Part shown: one piece after another, positions 20,851 to 32,697 of the stretch
Position numbering within the stretch: the first letter of the stretch is position 1
How the letters are laid out: every line of letters begins with the position of its first letter
NCBI GenBank assembly: GCA_017479865.1
Contig: JAFVBS010000003.1
Coordinates: forward strand, 3,108 to 67,107
Source of the DNA: Clostridia bacterium
Lineage (GTDB): Bacteria > Bacillota > Clostridia > TANB77 > CAG-508
Direction: 5' to 3'
DNA: 64,000 bases
Notes under the pieces: model-generated
Database searches by the model: none
What the model was told of the DNA's origin: nothing
The model's input: only the letters and a program-made list of their open reading frames with translations
Program-made: the position numbers and the translations under genes

Positions 20851-22266
20851 ATGGGTTCAAAAGAACGGTTCTATGTAGATATCATGGCTGTCCACCCGGA
20901 AGTTACTGGTAGTTTGTTTATGATAATTCCAAAATATCCGGATGGAGAAACTTCACGATTTATCGTAGATTGTGGGTTGTTTCAAGAGCGGGAATATTCA
21001 AAGTTAAATGAGGATTTCCCTTTTGATGCAAGTAAAATTGAGTTTTGCCTCATTACCCATAATCATGTTGATCACACTGGAAGACTGCCGTTGCTATTCA
21101 AGAAGGGATTTCGTGGTAATATCTACTCCACCTCTGCTACTGCAACAATGGCACCGTTAGCACTGTATGATTCATATAAAGTGCTAAAAGATGTTTCCAA
21201 AAGAAATTATGTTAATGAACTGTATTCACAGGCAGATGTGTCAAATACCATCAAATTGTTCAAAGGTTGTCCGTTTTCAGAGACCATACAATTGAATAAT
21301 AGAATTCAAGCCACTTTTTTCAAAAATGGTCATTTAATTGGCGCTGCATTGATTCTTGTTCAAATAAGCTATCCGGGGTACGAGGACATTAATCTCTTAT
21401 TTACAGGAGATTATAACAAAAATAACATGTTCTTTGATGTTCCAGAATTGCCAACTTGGGTGCGAGAATTACCGATTATAGTGATACAAGAATCTACCTA
21501 TGGCACGATGGATTCTACTGAAATGAGTAAAACTTTTGATGACAATATTATTAGGTGCACCTCGAATGAGGGAACAGCAATTAGCATGGTTTTTTCTCTG
21601 GGAAGAGCACAAGAAATTTTGTATGTTCTGAAATGTATGCAAGAAGATGGAAGATTGAGCAAAGAAATTCCAATTTACTTTGATGGTAAACTTGCCCACC
21701 AATATACTAATTTGTATCTCAAGGGCGATTTGGGGATTAACGACCAAATGAAAAATTTTCTACCAGAAAACCTAGAAATGGTGGACAGAGGAAGTCGGAA
21801 GGAAGTATTGGAAAGCCTTGCAACAAAAATCATTGTTACAACCTCAGGAATGGGAACCTATGGACCAGCTCAGCTATATATTCCAGAGTATATCAGCAGA
21901 AAGAACTGTTTAATTCTCTTTACAGGTTACACTGCAGAAGGAACGTTAGGAAATAGGTTGAAAAGTACCGAAAAAGGTGATGTGGTTAATATAGGTTCCA
22001 TTATTCGAAAAAAGAATGCAGATGTAGTATATACAACAGAATTTTCTGCTCATGCAAAAGCCGATGAAATGATTGAGTTCCTGAAAGGATTTTCTGATTT
22101 GAAATTGGTTTTAGTAAACCATGGGGAGAAAGAAACAAAACTACAATTTGCTAAGAGAGTCGTCAAAGAGGTGGACCCAAAGATGGTTGGAATCATGGAT
22201 AGAGAGTACTTTTTTAGAGTAAATCGATATGGCTTGATTCGACAAATGTCAACAAAGTTTGACTAA
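20851..22266 (+). CDS. MBL-fold metallo-hydrolase (beta-CASP/RNA-metabolising metallo-beta-lactamase type)
   Basis: ITHNHVDHTG HxHxDH motif, ~470 aa; start MGSKERF after ctaggaggg RBS. Confidence 0.65.
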   Translation: MGSKERFYVDIMAVHPEVTGSLFMIIPKYPDGETSRFIVDCGLFQEREYSKLNEDFPFDASKIEFCLITHNHVDHTGRLPLLFKKGFRGNIYSTSATATMAPLALYDSYKVLKDVSKRNYVNELYSQADVSNTIKLFKGCPFSETIQLNNRIQATFFKNGHLIGAALILVQISYPGYEDINLLFTGDYNKNNMFFDVPELPTWVRELPIIVIQESTYGTMDSTEMSKTFDDNIIRCTSNEGTAISMVFSLGRAQEILYVLKCMQEDGRLSKEIPIYFDGKLAHQYTNLYLKGDLGINDQMKNFLPENLEMVDRGSRKEVLESLATKIIVTTSGMGTYGPAQLYIPEYISRKNCLILFTGYTAEGTLGNRLKSTEKGDVVNIGSIIRKKNADVVYTTEFSAHAKADEMIEFLKGFSDLKLVLVNHGEKETKLQFAKRVVKEVDPKMVGIMDREYFFRVNRYGLIRQMSTKFD

Positions 22267-22273
22267 ATCCCAA

Positions 22274-22316
22274 AACGAAGGATTGCACTGAAATATTTTT
22301 AGTGCAATCCTTCGTT
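22274..22316 (+). terminator. hairpin terminator after the MBL hydrolase gene
   Basis: 15 bp stem acgaaggattgcact/agtgcaatccttcgt. Confidence 0.45.
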
Positions 22317-22476
22317 TGTTGTATATGGAATATTACCAATTTGAAAAAAATTATCAAAACCTGTTTACTTTTGTCAAAATTTTGTATACAATAAACTCAA
22401 TAAAAAACTAACAAATTATAGTTAGCAAGTTATCTAAAAAAGCAAAAGAGAAAATGGGAAAGGGGCATACCAAAAA

Positions 22477-23769
22477 ATGAGGATATTAATGTTAACATGG
22501 GAATATCCCCCAAGAATTGTGGGAGGAATTGCAAGAGTAGTTCATGACTTATCCAAAAGGCTCATCAAAGATGGTCACGAGGTAACTGTTGTCACCTATA
22601 AAGATGGTGATTTACCTTCTTATGAAAATGACAAAGGAGTGGAGGTATATCGTGTAGAGAACTATATGATACACCCTAATAATTTTATTGATTGGGTATT
22701 GCAATTAAACTTTAATATGACTGCAAAAGCAACAGAAATTATGAACAAGCAGGGAAAATTTGATGTCATCCATGCTCATGATTGGTTGGTAGCCTCAAGT
22801 GCAAAAGCATTAAAACAAGCATTTGAAATTCCAATGGTAGCAACCATTCATGCAACAGAGGCTGGTAGAAACTCTGGAATTCATGATGAAACACAAAGAT
22901 ATATTAATGATACAGAATGGCTATTAACTTACGAAGCAACAGAAGTAATTGTCAACAGCAACTTTATGAAAGGTCATGTACAAGGACTATTTGGACTTCC
23001 ATTTGATAAAATTAATGTTATTCCCAATGGAATTAACTTAACCAATTTTAATGGAATTGAAAAGGATTTTGACTTTAGAAGACAATATGCAGCAGATAAC
23101 GAGAAAATGATTTTATATGTTGGCCGTTTGGTATATGAAAAAGGAATTCAACATTTAATTTCTGCTATGCCAAAAATTTTAGAGGGATATCATGATGCTA
23201 AATTAGTCATTGCAGGAAAAGGCGGTATGACAGATGAATTGAAAGCACAAGCAGAGGCAATGGGGCTTTCTCAAAAAATATATTTTACTGGCTACTTAAA
23301 TGCAAAGCAAGTACAAAAAATATATAAATGTGCCGATGTGGCTGTGTTTCCAAGTACATATGAACCATTTGGTATTGTCGCATTGGAGGCAATGCTTGCT
23401 GGAGTTCCAACAGTTGTGTCAGATGTGGGAGGCTTAAATGAAATTATAGACCATGGTGTTAATGGAATGAAAAGCTATGCGGGAAATCCAAATTCGATTG
23501 CAGACTCTGTTTTGAGTTTATTATATGATGGACAATTAGCTACGAATGTATCGAAAAAGGCAAAGCAAAAAGTAAAAGAGGAATTTAATTGGACCAAAAT
23601 TGCACAAGATACTCATTATATTTATGAAAAGGCAATTTGCAAAACTGTTGCTGAAAAACAAAAAGAACAAATAGCACAAGAGAATGCAAAGAAAACTACA
23701 AAAGCAAGAAATACGGAAAATGAAATTACTAGCTTGTTGAGTTTCAAAAAAAAGCACGCTTATGCTTAG
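22477..23769 (+). CDS. glycosyltransferase family 4 (GT-B fold)
   Basis: 430 aa; N-terminal MRILMLTWEYPP..VGG, C-terminal E..E GT4 motifs (FPSTYEPFGIVALEAM). Confidence 0.75.
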   Translation: MRILMLTWEYPPRIVGGIARVVHDLSKRLIKDGHEVTVVTYKDGDLPSYENDKGVEVYRVENYMIHPNNFIDWVLQLNFNMTAKATEIMNKQGKFDVIHAHDWLVASSAKALKQAFEIPMVATIHATEAGRNSGIHDETQRYINDTEWLLTYEATEVIVNSNFMKGHVQGLFGLPFDKINVIPNGINLTNFNGIEKDFDFRRQYAADNEKMILYVGRLVYEKGIQHLISAMPKILEGYHDAKLVIAGKGGMTDELKAQAEAMGLSQKIYFTGYLNAKQVQKIYKCADVAVFPSTYEPFGIVALEAMLAGVPTVVSDVGGLNEIIDHGVNGMKSYAGNPNSIADSVLSLLYDGQLATNVSKKAKQKVKEEFNWTKIAQDTHYIYEKAICKTVAEKQKEQIAQENAKKTTKARNTENEITSLLSFKKKHAYA

Positions 23770-23779
23770 GAGGTTTAAA

Positions 23780-24112
23780 ATGAACGTATATGATACTGCC
23801 AATCGTTTGGCAAAGGAAATTAAAGAATCAGCAGAATATTTAGCATACAAAAAGAGAAAAGATGCTATTGGACAAGATCCTGCAAAAAAGAAAAAGGTAG
23901 AAGATTTTGAAAAATTGCGATATGAAGTACAGCTTTTGGCATATACCGGAGAAGAAAAAGATGAAGAAAAAAACAAAAAGTTACAAGAAATGTATACAAC
24001 TTTGATTGAAAATCAAGATATAAAAGAATATTTTGATTTAGAAGTGAAATTCAATGTGATGATTGCTGATGTGAATAAAATTATTGCAGAAGCAATTCAA
24101 GATGTGTTATAA
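23780..24112 (+). CDS. YlbF/YmcA (UPF0342) family protein
   Basis: 110 aa, helical, ATG after aggaggt RBS; family assignment by overall resemblance. Confidence 0.5.
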   Translation: MNVYDTANRLAKEIKESAEYLAYKKRKDAIGQDPAKKKKVEDFEKLRYEVQLLAYTGEEKDEEKNKKLQEMYTTLIENQDIKEYFDLEVKFNVMIADVNKIIAEAIQDVL

Positions 24113-24241
24113 AACAAGGAAAAGGTCGCTTAAAAGGAAATATATAATGGTTTTCTTTTTGCGGCCTTTTTGTTGGTTAAAAAATAATTGGCAAATTTCC
24201 AACCTAGTCTAGAAACTAATGATCAAAAGAAGGAGAAAAAA

Positions 24242-24949
24242 ATGGAATATTTAATCATTATCATCATTTGCATTATTACAATGCTATTATTAAAATTTGC
24301 GTGGAAAATTAAAATTAGTGATATTAAAAAAATAAAAGAAATAGGATATGATGAAAATTTAAATAAAATCACAAATAAATTGCCAGAGAATAAACAAATT
24401 TGTGCAAAAATTTTAAAAATGTTACATAATGAAACAGTACAAATCGAAGAGAAAGAAAACAATACTGCTAGTTTGTATATTGCTATCAGTAACACTATTT
24501 TTATTGCTAATATCAAAAATACTTTTACGAGAGTACAGACTATTAGTCATGAATGTTTACATTCAGTACAAAATAGAACAACACTATTATTCAATTTTTT
24601 CTTTTCAAATGTGTATTTCTTGTATTTCATAGTCATCTGCATTCTTAGGCTATTGAATCAATTGAATTTTGCGATGATACATATTTTTATATTAACCATG
24701 TTGGGAGTTATTTACTATGCTATTCGTAGTTATTTAGAAATGGACGCCATGACAAAAGCCACTTTTTTGGCAAAGGAATATATGGAAAAAACAGAAAAGC
24801 TAACGCCGGAAGAAATTAATCTTTTAACAGAGACAAATAAGGTCGTAACCGAAATAGGAATCAAACTTTATCATTATAAACTGCTATTCAACTGTGTAAT
24901 AAAAATTGTATTTTTTGCAACATTTAATTTGATTTGTACATTGCCTTGA
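24242..24949 (+). CDS. hypothetical polytopic membrane protein with HExxH motif (possible zinc metallopeptidase)
   Basis: start MEYLIII after aaggag RBS; SHECLHS HExxH motif between TM segments. Confidence 0.4.
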   Translation: MEYLIIIIICIITMLLLKFAWKIKISDIKKIKEIGYDENLNKITNKLPENKQICAKILKMLHNETVQIEEKENNTASLYIAISNTIFIANIKNTFTRVQTISHECLHSVQNRTTLLFNFFFSNVYFLYFIVICILRLLNQLNFAMIHIFILTMLGVIYYAIRSYLEMDAMTKATFLAKEYMEKTEKLTPEEINLLTETNKVVTEIGIKLYHYKLLFNCVIKIVFFATFNLICTLP

Positions 24950-25006
24950 ATTCTTTGCCATCTCGTGGTAAAATAGAGGGGTAAAGAAATTACGGAGGAG
25001 AAAGCA

Positions 25007-25912
25007 ATGGGATTTTTTGATAAATTAAAAAATGGATTAAGCAAAACTAAAAATTCATTTGATGAAAAAATGAATCAGGTATTTAGTAACTTTCGAAAGG
25101 TAGATGAAGAACTACTAGAAGAGTTAGAAGAATTATTAATTATGTCAGATGTAGGAGTAGAAACTTCTACCAAAATTATAAGAAATTTAAGAGAAAAAAT
25201 TAAGAGAGAAAAAATAGAAGAGGAAGAAGGCGTTAAGAACGCTTTAAGAGAAGAAATTCAAAAAGTACTAGATGAAGTGGATAATGGATTAAAATTAGAA
25301 ACCAAACCATCTGTCATTCTAGTAGTAGGGGTAAATGGTGTAGGAAAAACCACTTCTATTGGAAAAATTGCCAATCGTTTAAAACAAGATGGAAAAAAAG
25401 TAGTCGTTGCTGCAGCCGATACCTTTAGAGCAGCAGCTGTAGAACAATTAGAAATCTGGGCAAATCGTGCAAATTGTACCATAGTCAAAAGAGAGGAAGG
25501 AGCAGACCCTGCTTCTGTGGTATTTGACGCCATCAAAATTACCAAAGAAACCAATGCAGATGTTTTAATTTGTGATACTGCTGGAAGATTACATAATAAA
25601 AAGTATTTGATGGATGAATTGGTTAAAATCAAAAAAGTGATTGATAAGGAATTACCAGATGCTTCTAAGGAAGTATTGATGGTATTGGATGCCACTACAG
25701 GACAAAATGCAATTAATCAAGTAAAAGCATTTAAAGAAACGGTAGACATTAATGGTTTAATTCTTACCAAATTAGATGGCACAGCAAAGGGTGGCGTAGT
25801 AGTTGGTATTGTTGCCGAAAATCAAATGCCAGTCAAATTTGTGGGCGTTGGTGAGCAAATTGATGATATGGAAATTTTTAATAGCGCGGATTTTGTTAAA
25901 GCATTAATTTAA
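25007..25912 (+). CDS. ftsY: signal recognition particle-docking protein FtsY
   Basis: 301 aa; SRP GTPase motifs GVNGVGKTT, DTAGR, TKLDG. Confidence 0.9.
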   Translation: MGFFDKLKNGLSKTKNSFDEKMNQVFSNFRKVDEELLEELEELLIMSDVGVETSTKIIRNLREKIKREKIEEEEGVKNALREEIQKVLDEVDNGLKLETKPSVILVVGVNGVGKTTSIGKIANRLKQDGKKVVVAAADTFRAAAVEQLEIWANRANCTIVKREEGADPASVVFDAIKITKETNADVLICDTAGRLHNKKYLMDELVKIKKVIDKELPDASKEVLMVLDATTGQNAINQVKAFKETVDINGLILTKLDGTAKGGVVVGIVAENQMPVKFVGVGEQIDDMEIFNSADFVKALI

Positions 25913-25931
25913 GCAAAGAAAGGAAAGAAAA

Positions 25932-28604
25932 ATGGAGAAAAAAACGCAAAATAAAAAGCTTTCAACAGATGAAAAAAAGGTGCAAAAAAGTCCAAAAAGC
26001 AAAAGTAGAATGTTATTTGTTCTTGCTTTTATAATATTAGCTGCAAGTATTCTTTATGTGATATGCCGAGGCAATTACCTAGAAACAATTGAACTAGGAG
26101 AACAATATATTAGCATTTTTTGGCAAAATTTAAGTTACACAGCAATTGCCTTTGCCGGAAATTTTGTAATTTTATATCTACTCATTTATTATACCAATAA
26201 AAGAATTCAAAAAGGGTTAAAGCCGTTTTTTGAAGAGGAAAAACAAATAATGCCAAAAATGATTAATAAATCCCTTGCTTTCATCTTGGCAATCATTGTT
26301 AGTTTTATTACAACGAATATGATGCTAGAAAAGTTCATGTTATGTATTCATGCTACAAGCTTTGGAATGACAGATCCTGTACTGGGATATGATATTGGAT
26401 TTTTCTTATTACAACAACCATTTATTGAGTTCATTGTATTTTACTTACTTGCCCTAGCAATAGGACTTACTGTTTATGGTGCGTTATATTATATTATTGC
26501 TTTTAATTTCTATTTTGACGGAATTAATCGAGAAACACTTAAAAAAGGCATTATTCCTAAACAGCTTTGCCACCATGTAATGACAGTTGCTATTTTACTT
26601 GCAACACTCATTTTTGTGAAAACACACAATGTTGGAATACAAAAATTTTTAACCTTAAGTGAGGTAAATTCTTATGCATTATATGGAGCAGGAGCAACAG
26701 AAGCAATCATTTATTTATGGGCATACAGAATTTTATCTGTTGTGATTGTGGTGAGCGTGTGGTTTGCTCTTCGCTATTTTCAAAAGCAGCAAACCAAAAA
26801 AACATTGCTTTCATTAATGGCAGTCCCAGCTTATTTAATTGCCATGTTAGTAGTGGTATTTGGTTATGAAACTTTTTGGGTAAAGCCAAATGAATTAGAT
26901 AGCCAAAAAAAATATATTGATAATAACATTAATTATACAAAACAAGCCTATGGAATTAATATAGATGAAATCAGTATTGAAGAAAACGAAACCATTACTA
27001 GCGAAACATTAAAAAACAACGAAAATGTAGTTTCCAATATTGCGATTGTCGATACAGACACTGTTTTAAAAAATTTAAATGTGGCACAAACCAATAAAGG
27101 ATATTATACTTACCGTACAACAAAGATGGCAAACGCAATTATTGATGGAATGGAACGATTAGTATATCTTTCACCAAGAGAAATTGAAAGTCACAATGTT
27201 ACTTATAATAATAAAACTTATGAATATACACATGGATATGGAGTAATTGTCACTTCTGCTACTTCAGTAGATGAAAATGGAAATTTAGTGGATTTACAAA
27301 AGGGATTTGGAGATACGACTAATGAACTTCTTTCCATCAAAGAGCCAAGAATTTATTTTGGATTGGAAACCAACAATACAGTTGTGACAAATAGTGATGA
27401 AAAGAAAGAATTTGATTATCCAATTACCAATTCATCAAAAGCGGAAAATGCAACTAATGCTTATGAAGGAAAAGCAGGGTTGAAAATAAACTTTTTAGAC
27501 CGATTCATTTTAGGAGTAAAAAAAGGAAACTTAAAACTTGCTTTTTCTGGTAATGTAGATAAAAATAGCACCATTCTAATCAACCGTAACATTATTGAAA
27601 GAGCAAAAACGGTAATGCCATATTTGCTTTATGATGAAAATCCTTATATGGTAGTAACAGAAGAAGGAAAACTAGTGTGGGTATTAGATGCTTATACCAT
27701 TTCAAATTACTATCCATATTCTCAGAGAACCGTGCTTCAAAAGAATAATTTGCTAGCTAAAACAGAATTAAACTATATTCGTAATTCGGTAAAAGTACTG
27801 ATTGATGCCTATGATGGTACAATACAATTTTACATTACTGATAGAAATGACCCAATTGCAATCGCATATCAAAAAATTTATCAAAATCTATTTGCTGGCA
27901 AAGATGAACAGATTCCGGAAGATATTCAAAAACAATTGGTATATCCACCATTCTTATACAAAATTCAAGCAGGAATTTTGGAAAAATACCACAATGTACA
28001 GCCAGATGTATTATATCGTGGAAATGATATTTGGGATATCGCAACTCATAGCGCAGGAAAAACATTAACTAAAGTTGGAACAGATATGGCACCTTATTAT
28101 ACATTGACTAAAACTGTAAATTCTAACCAAACCACTTTGGGATTAGTATTACCGTTTACACCATATCAAAAACAAAATTTAATTGCGTATATGGTAGGAA
28201 CTTATGAAAATGGAGAACCAAAGTTAACTATTTACAAATATTCACAAGACAGCAATATTTTAGGACCAATGCAAATTGATACACAGCTAGAACAAGACGA
28301 AAGAATTTCAAAAGAAATTGAAAGTTTGAATGTGCCAGGTACCAGGATTACCAAAAATATGCTCATCATTCCAATTGAAAAATCTTTGTTGTATGTAGAG
28401 CCAATTTATCAACAATATATCAATGAAGAAAATTCTACCCCTATTTTGAAAAAAGTAGTAGTAGCCTCTGGTAATAAAGTGGCAATTGGAAATACCATTG
28501 CAGAAGCTTTGAAAAACCTAGTTTCGCAAGAGGCGGTAGACATTGAAGTGGAAAATACGGACAATATTAATGACTTAGTGAATGCTATTATTAAAGCAAA
28601 TTGA
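25932..28604 (+). CDS. UPF0182 family membrane protein
   Basis: 890 aa, N-terminal multi-TM block then a large extracytoplasmic domain, the architecture of UPF0182; the ORF ends at TGA 28602-28604 and 64 in-frame stop-free codons follow. Confidence 0.7.
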   Translation: MEKKTQNKKLSTDEKKVQKSPKSKSRMLFVLAFIILAASILYVICRGNYLETIELGEQYISIFWQNLSYTAIAFAGNFVILYLLIYYTNKRIQKGLKPFFEEEKQIMPKMINKSLAFILAIIVSFITTNMMLEKFMLCIHATSFGMTDPVLGYDIGFFLLQQPFIEFIVFYLLALAIGLTVYGALYYIIAFNFYFDGINRETLKKGIIPKQLCHHVMTVAILLATLIFVKTHNVGIQKFLTLSEVNSYALYGAGATEAIIYLWAYRILSVVIVVSVWFALRYFQKQQTKKTLLSLMAVPAYLIAMLVVVFGYETFWVKPNELDSQKKYIDNNINYTKQAYGINIDEISIEENETITSETLKNNENVVSNIAIVDTDTVLKNLNVAQTNKGYYTYRTTKMANAIIDGMERLVYLSPREIESHNVTYNNKTYEYTHGYGVIVTSATSVDENGNLVDLQKGFGDTTNELLSIKEPRIYFGLETNNTVVTNSDEKKEFDYPITNSSKAENATNAYEGKAGLKINFLDRFILGVKKGNLKLAFSGNVDKNSTILINRNIIERAKTVMPYLLYDENPYMVVTEEGKLVWVLDAYTISNYYPYSQRTVLQKNNLLAKTELNYIRNSVKVLIDAYDGTIQFYITDRNDPIAIAYQKIYQNLFAGKDEQIPEDIQKQLVYPPFLYKIQAGILEKYHNVQPDVLYRGNDIWDIATHSAGKTLTKVGTDMAPYYTLTKTVNSNQTTLGLVLPFTPYQKQNLIAYMVGTYENGEPKLTIYKYSQDSNILGPMQIDTQLEQDERISKEIESLNVPGTRITKNMLIIPIEKSLLYVEPIYQQYINEENSTPILKKVVVASGNKVAIGNTIAEALKNLVSQEAVDIEVENTDNINDLVNAIIKAN

Positions 28605-28820
28605 AATCTAACAAAATCAAATGAAAATAATGATTGGGAAATGATTGGAAAAGATATGAACAAACTACAAGAGCTCATTCGAAAACTAGAAAAATTGGTA
28701 GAAGAAGAAAAGAAAAAAGAAAATACAATTACTACTCGAAATAATGTGATTGAGGAAAATATAGTGAATGAAACACTGAATAATTTAGTAGAATAAAGTT
28801 AGAAACGTGAATAATTTTGC

Positions 28821-28856
28821 AAAAAAAATCCACTTTAATAATAAAGTGGATTTTTT
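28821..28856 (+). terminator. rho-independent terminator
   Basis: A-run, tccacttta/aaagtgga hairpin, T-run. Confidence 0.55.
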
Positions 28857-28884
28857 GCATATTGCATAAAAAGAGGAGTTTTTG

Positions 28885-29175
28885 ATGTTTCGAAGAAAAA
28901 AGTTGGAAAAACAATTAACACAAGAAATAGAACAACTAAATTTTTCGTTGTCGAAAAATAATATATTAGATTTGGCTGAGTTGCTGGGTAACCCTAAAAA
29001 AATGCTCATTAGAAACTTTATGGCAGGTATTTCAAAGGGAATTGGCATTGGAATTGGTTTTACCATTTTAACAGCCATTTTAGTATATATTCTACAAAGA
29101 ATTGTTGCTTTGAACATTCCTGTGATAGGAGATTATATTTCTGACATTGTCAAAATTGTAGAAACAAAGTTATAA
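28885..29175 (+). CDS. small hypothetical membrane protein
   Basis: ATG after agaggag RBS; one C-terminal TM helix with GIGIGIG motif. Confidence 0.45.
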   Translation: MFRRKKLEKQLTQEIEQLNFSLSKNNILDLAELLGNPKKMLIRNFMAGISKGIGIGIGFTILTAILVYILQRIVALNIPVIGDYISDIVKIVETKL

Positions 29176-29305
29176 TAAGTAAAAATAAATAGAGAATTTA
29201 TCATTTTTCTATTTATTTTTTTTTTGTTTTTATATATAATGTAAAAAGTAATTTTAAACCGTTTTTTTAATCTGATATTCAACACAATGAAAGTGAGGAA
29301 AATTT

Positions 29306-31979
<2,674 letters not shown>

Positions 31980-32068
31980 AAAGATTGTAATATTATTAAC
32001 ACCCGTCCCTTATTGAGACAAATGTCCCAATAATAAACGTCCCTAATGGGACAGAGAGGAGAAACTGA

Positions 32069-32308
32069 ATGGATGGAAAATATAGTTTTGAAGAATTTTG
32101 TCAGAATTTAGATGATGGATATCAAATTTACTTTACATATGTCCGAAATCGATATTTGCTTTTTAAAACAGCAGAGAATTGTTATACACAAGATTTACTA
32201 ACAGTACACGATAAAAATCCACATCCAAGGCATACGGTTCTTACTTTTAAGAGAGTGAAAGAAATGTTTCCGTTCATGACGGAAATAGAATATAAAACAG
32301 GAATTTGA
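32069..32308 (+). CDS. hypothetical protein (79 aa)
   Basis: agaggag RBS; no recognised family. Confidence 0.4.
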   Translation: MDGKYSFEEFCQNLDDGYQIYFTYVRNRYLLFKTAENCYTQDLLTVHDKNPHPRHTVLTFKRVKEMFPFMTEIEYKTGI

Positions 32309-32314
32309 TATTTT

Positions 32315-32343
32315 TTGACATTTTATGTGAAATGTGTTATAAT
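32315..32343 (+). promoter_or_regulatory. consensus sigma-A promoter (TTGACA-17-TATAAT)
   Basis: perfect hexamers and spacing 36 nt upstream of the GC-rich ORF at 32380. Confidence 0.55.
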
Positions 32344-32379
32344 AAAAGCATACTAAATATTTGAAAGGGGCTATTAAAA

Positions 32380-32625
32380 ATGGCAACCAAGGTTTTTACA
32401 GAAAAGCTGAGAGAAAAGGCGAACAAATGCCTGAGACTGTACGGACTCATTCTTGACGGATTTGGATCCTTTGAGGATGGCAGAGCATATTTTGGCGTTA
32501 GAGGTATTAAAAACGAGAATTTTGGATCGCTGGATCGTCACCGTGTCGGACATGATCTGAAAGCTATCTGCGAGGAAGAGGGCTATGAGATCAGAGAGAT
32601 TGTACTCAACGGGCAGTTTGCCTAA
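32380..32625 (+). CDS. hypothetical 81 aa protein, compositionally foreign (~45% GC versus ~31% surroundings)
   Basis: RBS gaaagggg; codon usage (ctg, ggc, gac, cgt) unlike the neighbours; followed by a strong terminator. Confidence 0.5.
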   Translation: MATKVFTEKLREKANKCLRLYGLILDGFGSFEDGRAYFGVRGIKNENFGSLDRHRVGHDLKAICEEEGYEIREIVLNGQFA

Positions 32626-32640
32626 AATTTCTACCCCATC

Positions 32641-32697
32641 TTCGTTTGACAATTGTCAAACGAAACTCCCTACTCAAAAAGTAGGGAGTTTTTTTCT
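32641..32697. terminator. bidirectional terminator region between the 32380 ORF (+) and rqcH (-): perfect 24 nt palindrome plus a GC hairpin with T-run
   Basis: ttcgtttgacaattgtcaaacgaa palindrome, then actccctact-caaaaa-gtagggagt and ttttttt. Confidence 0.55.
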
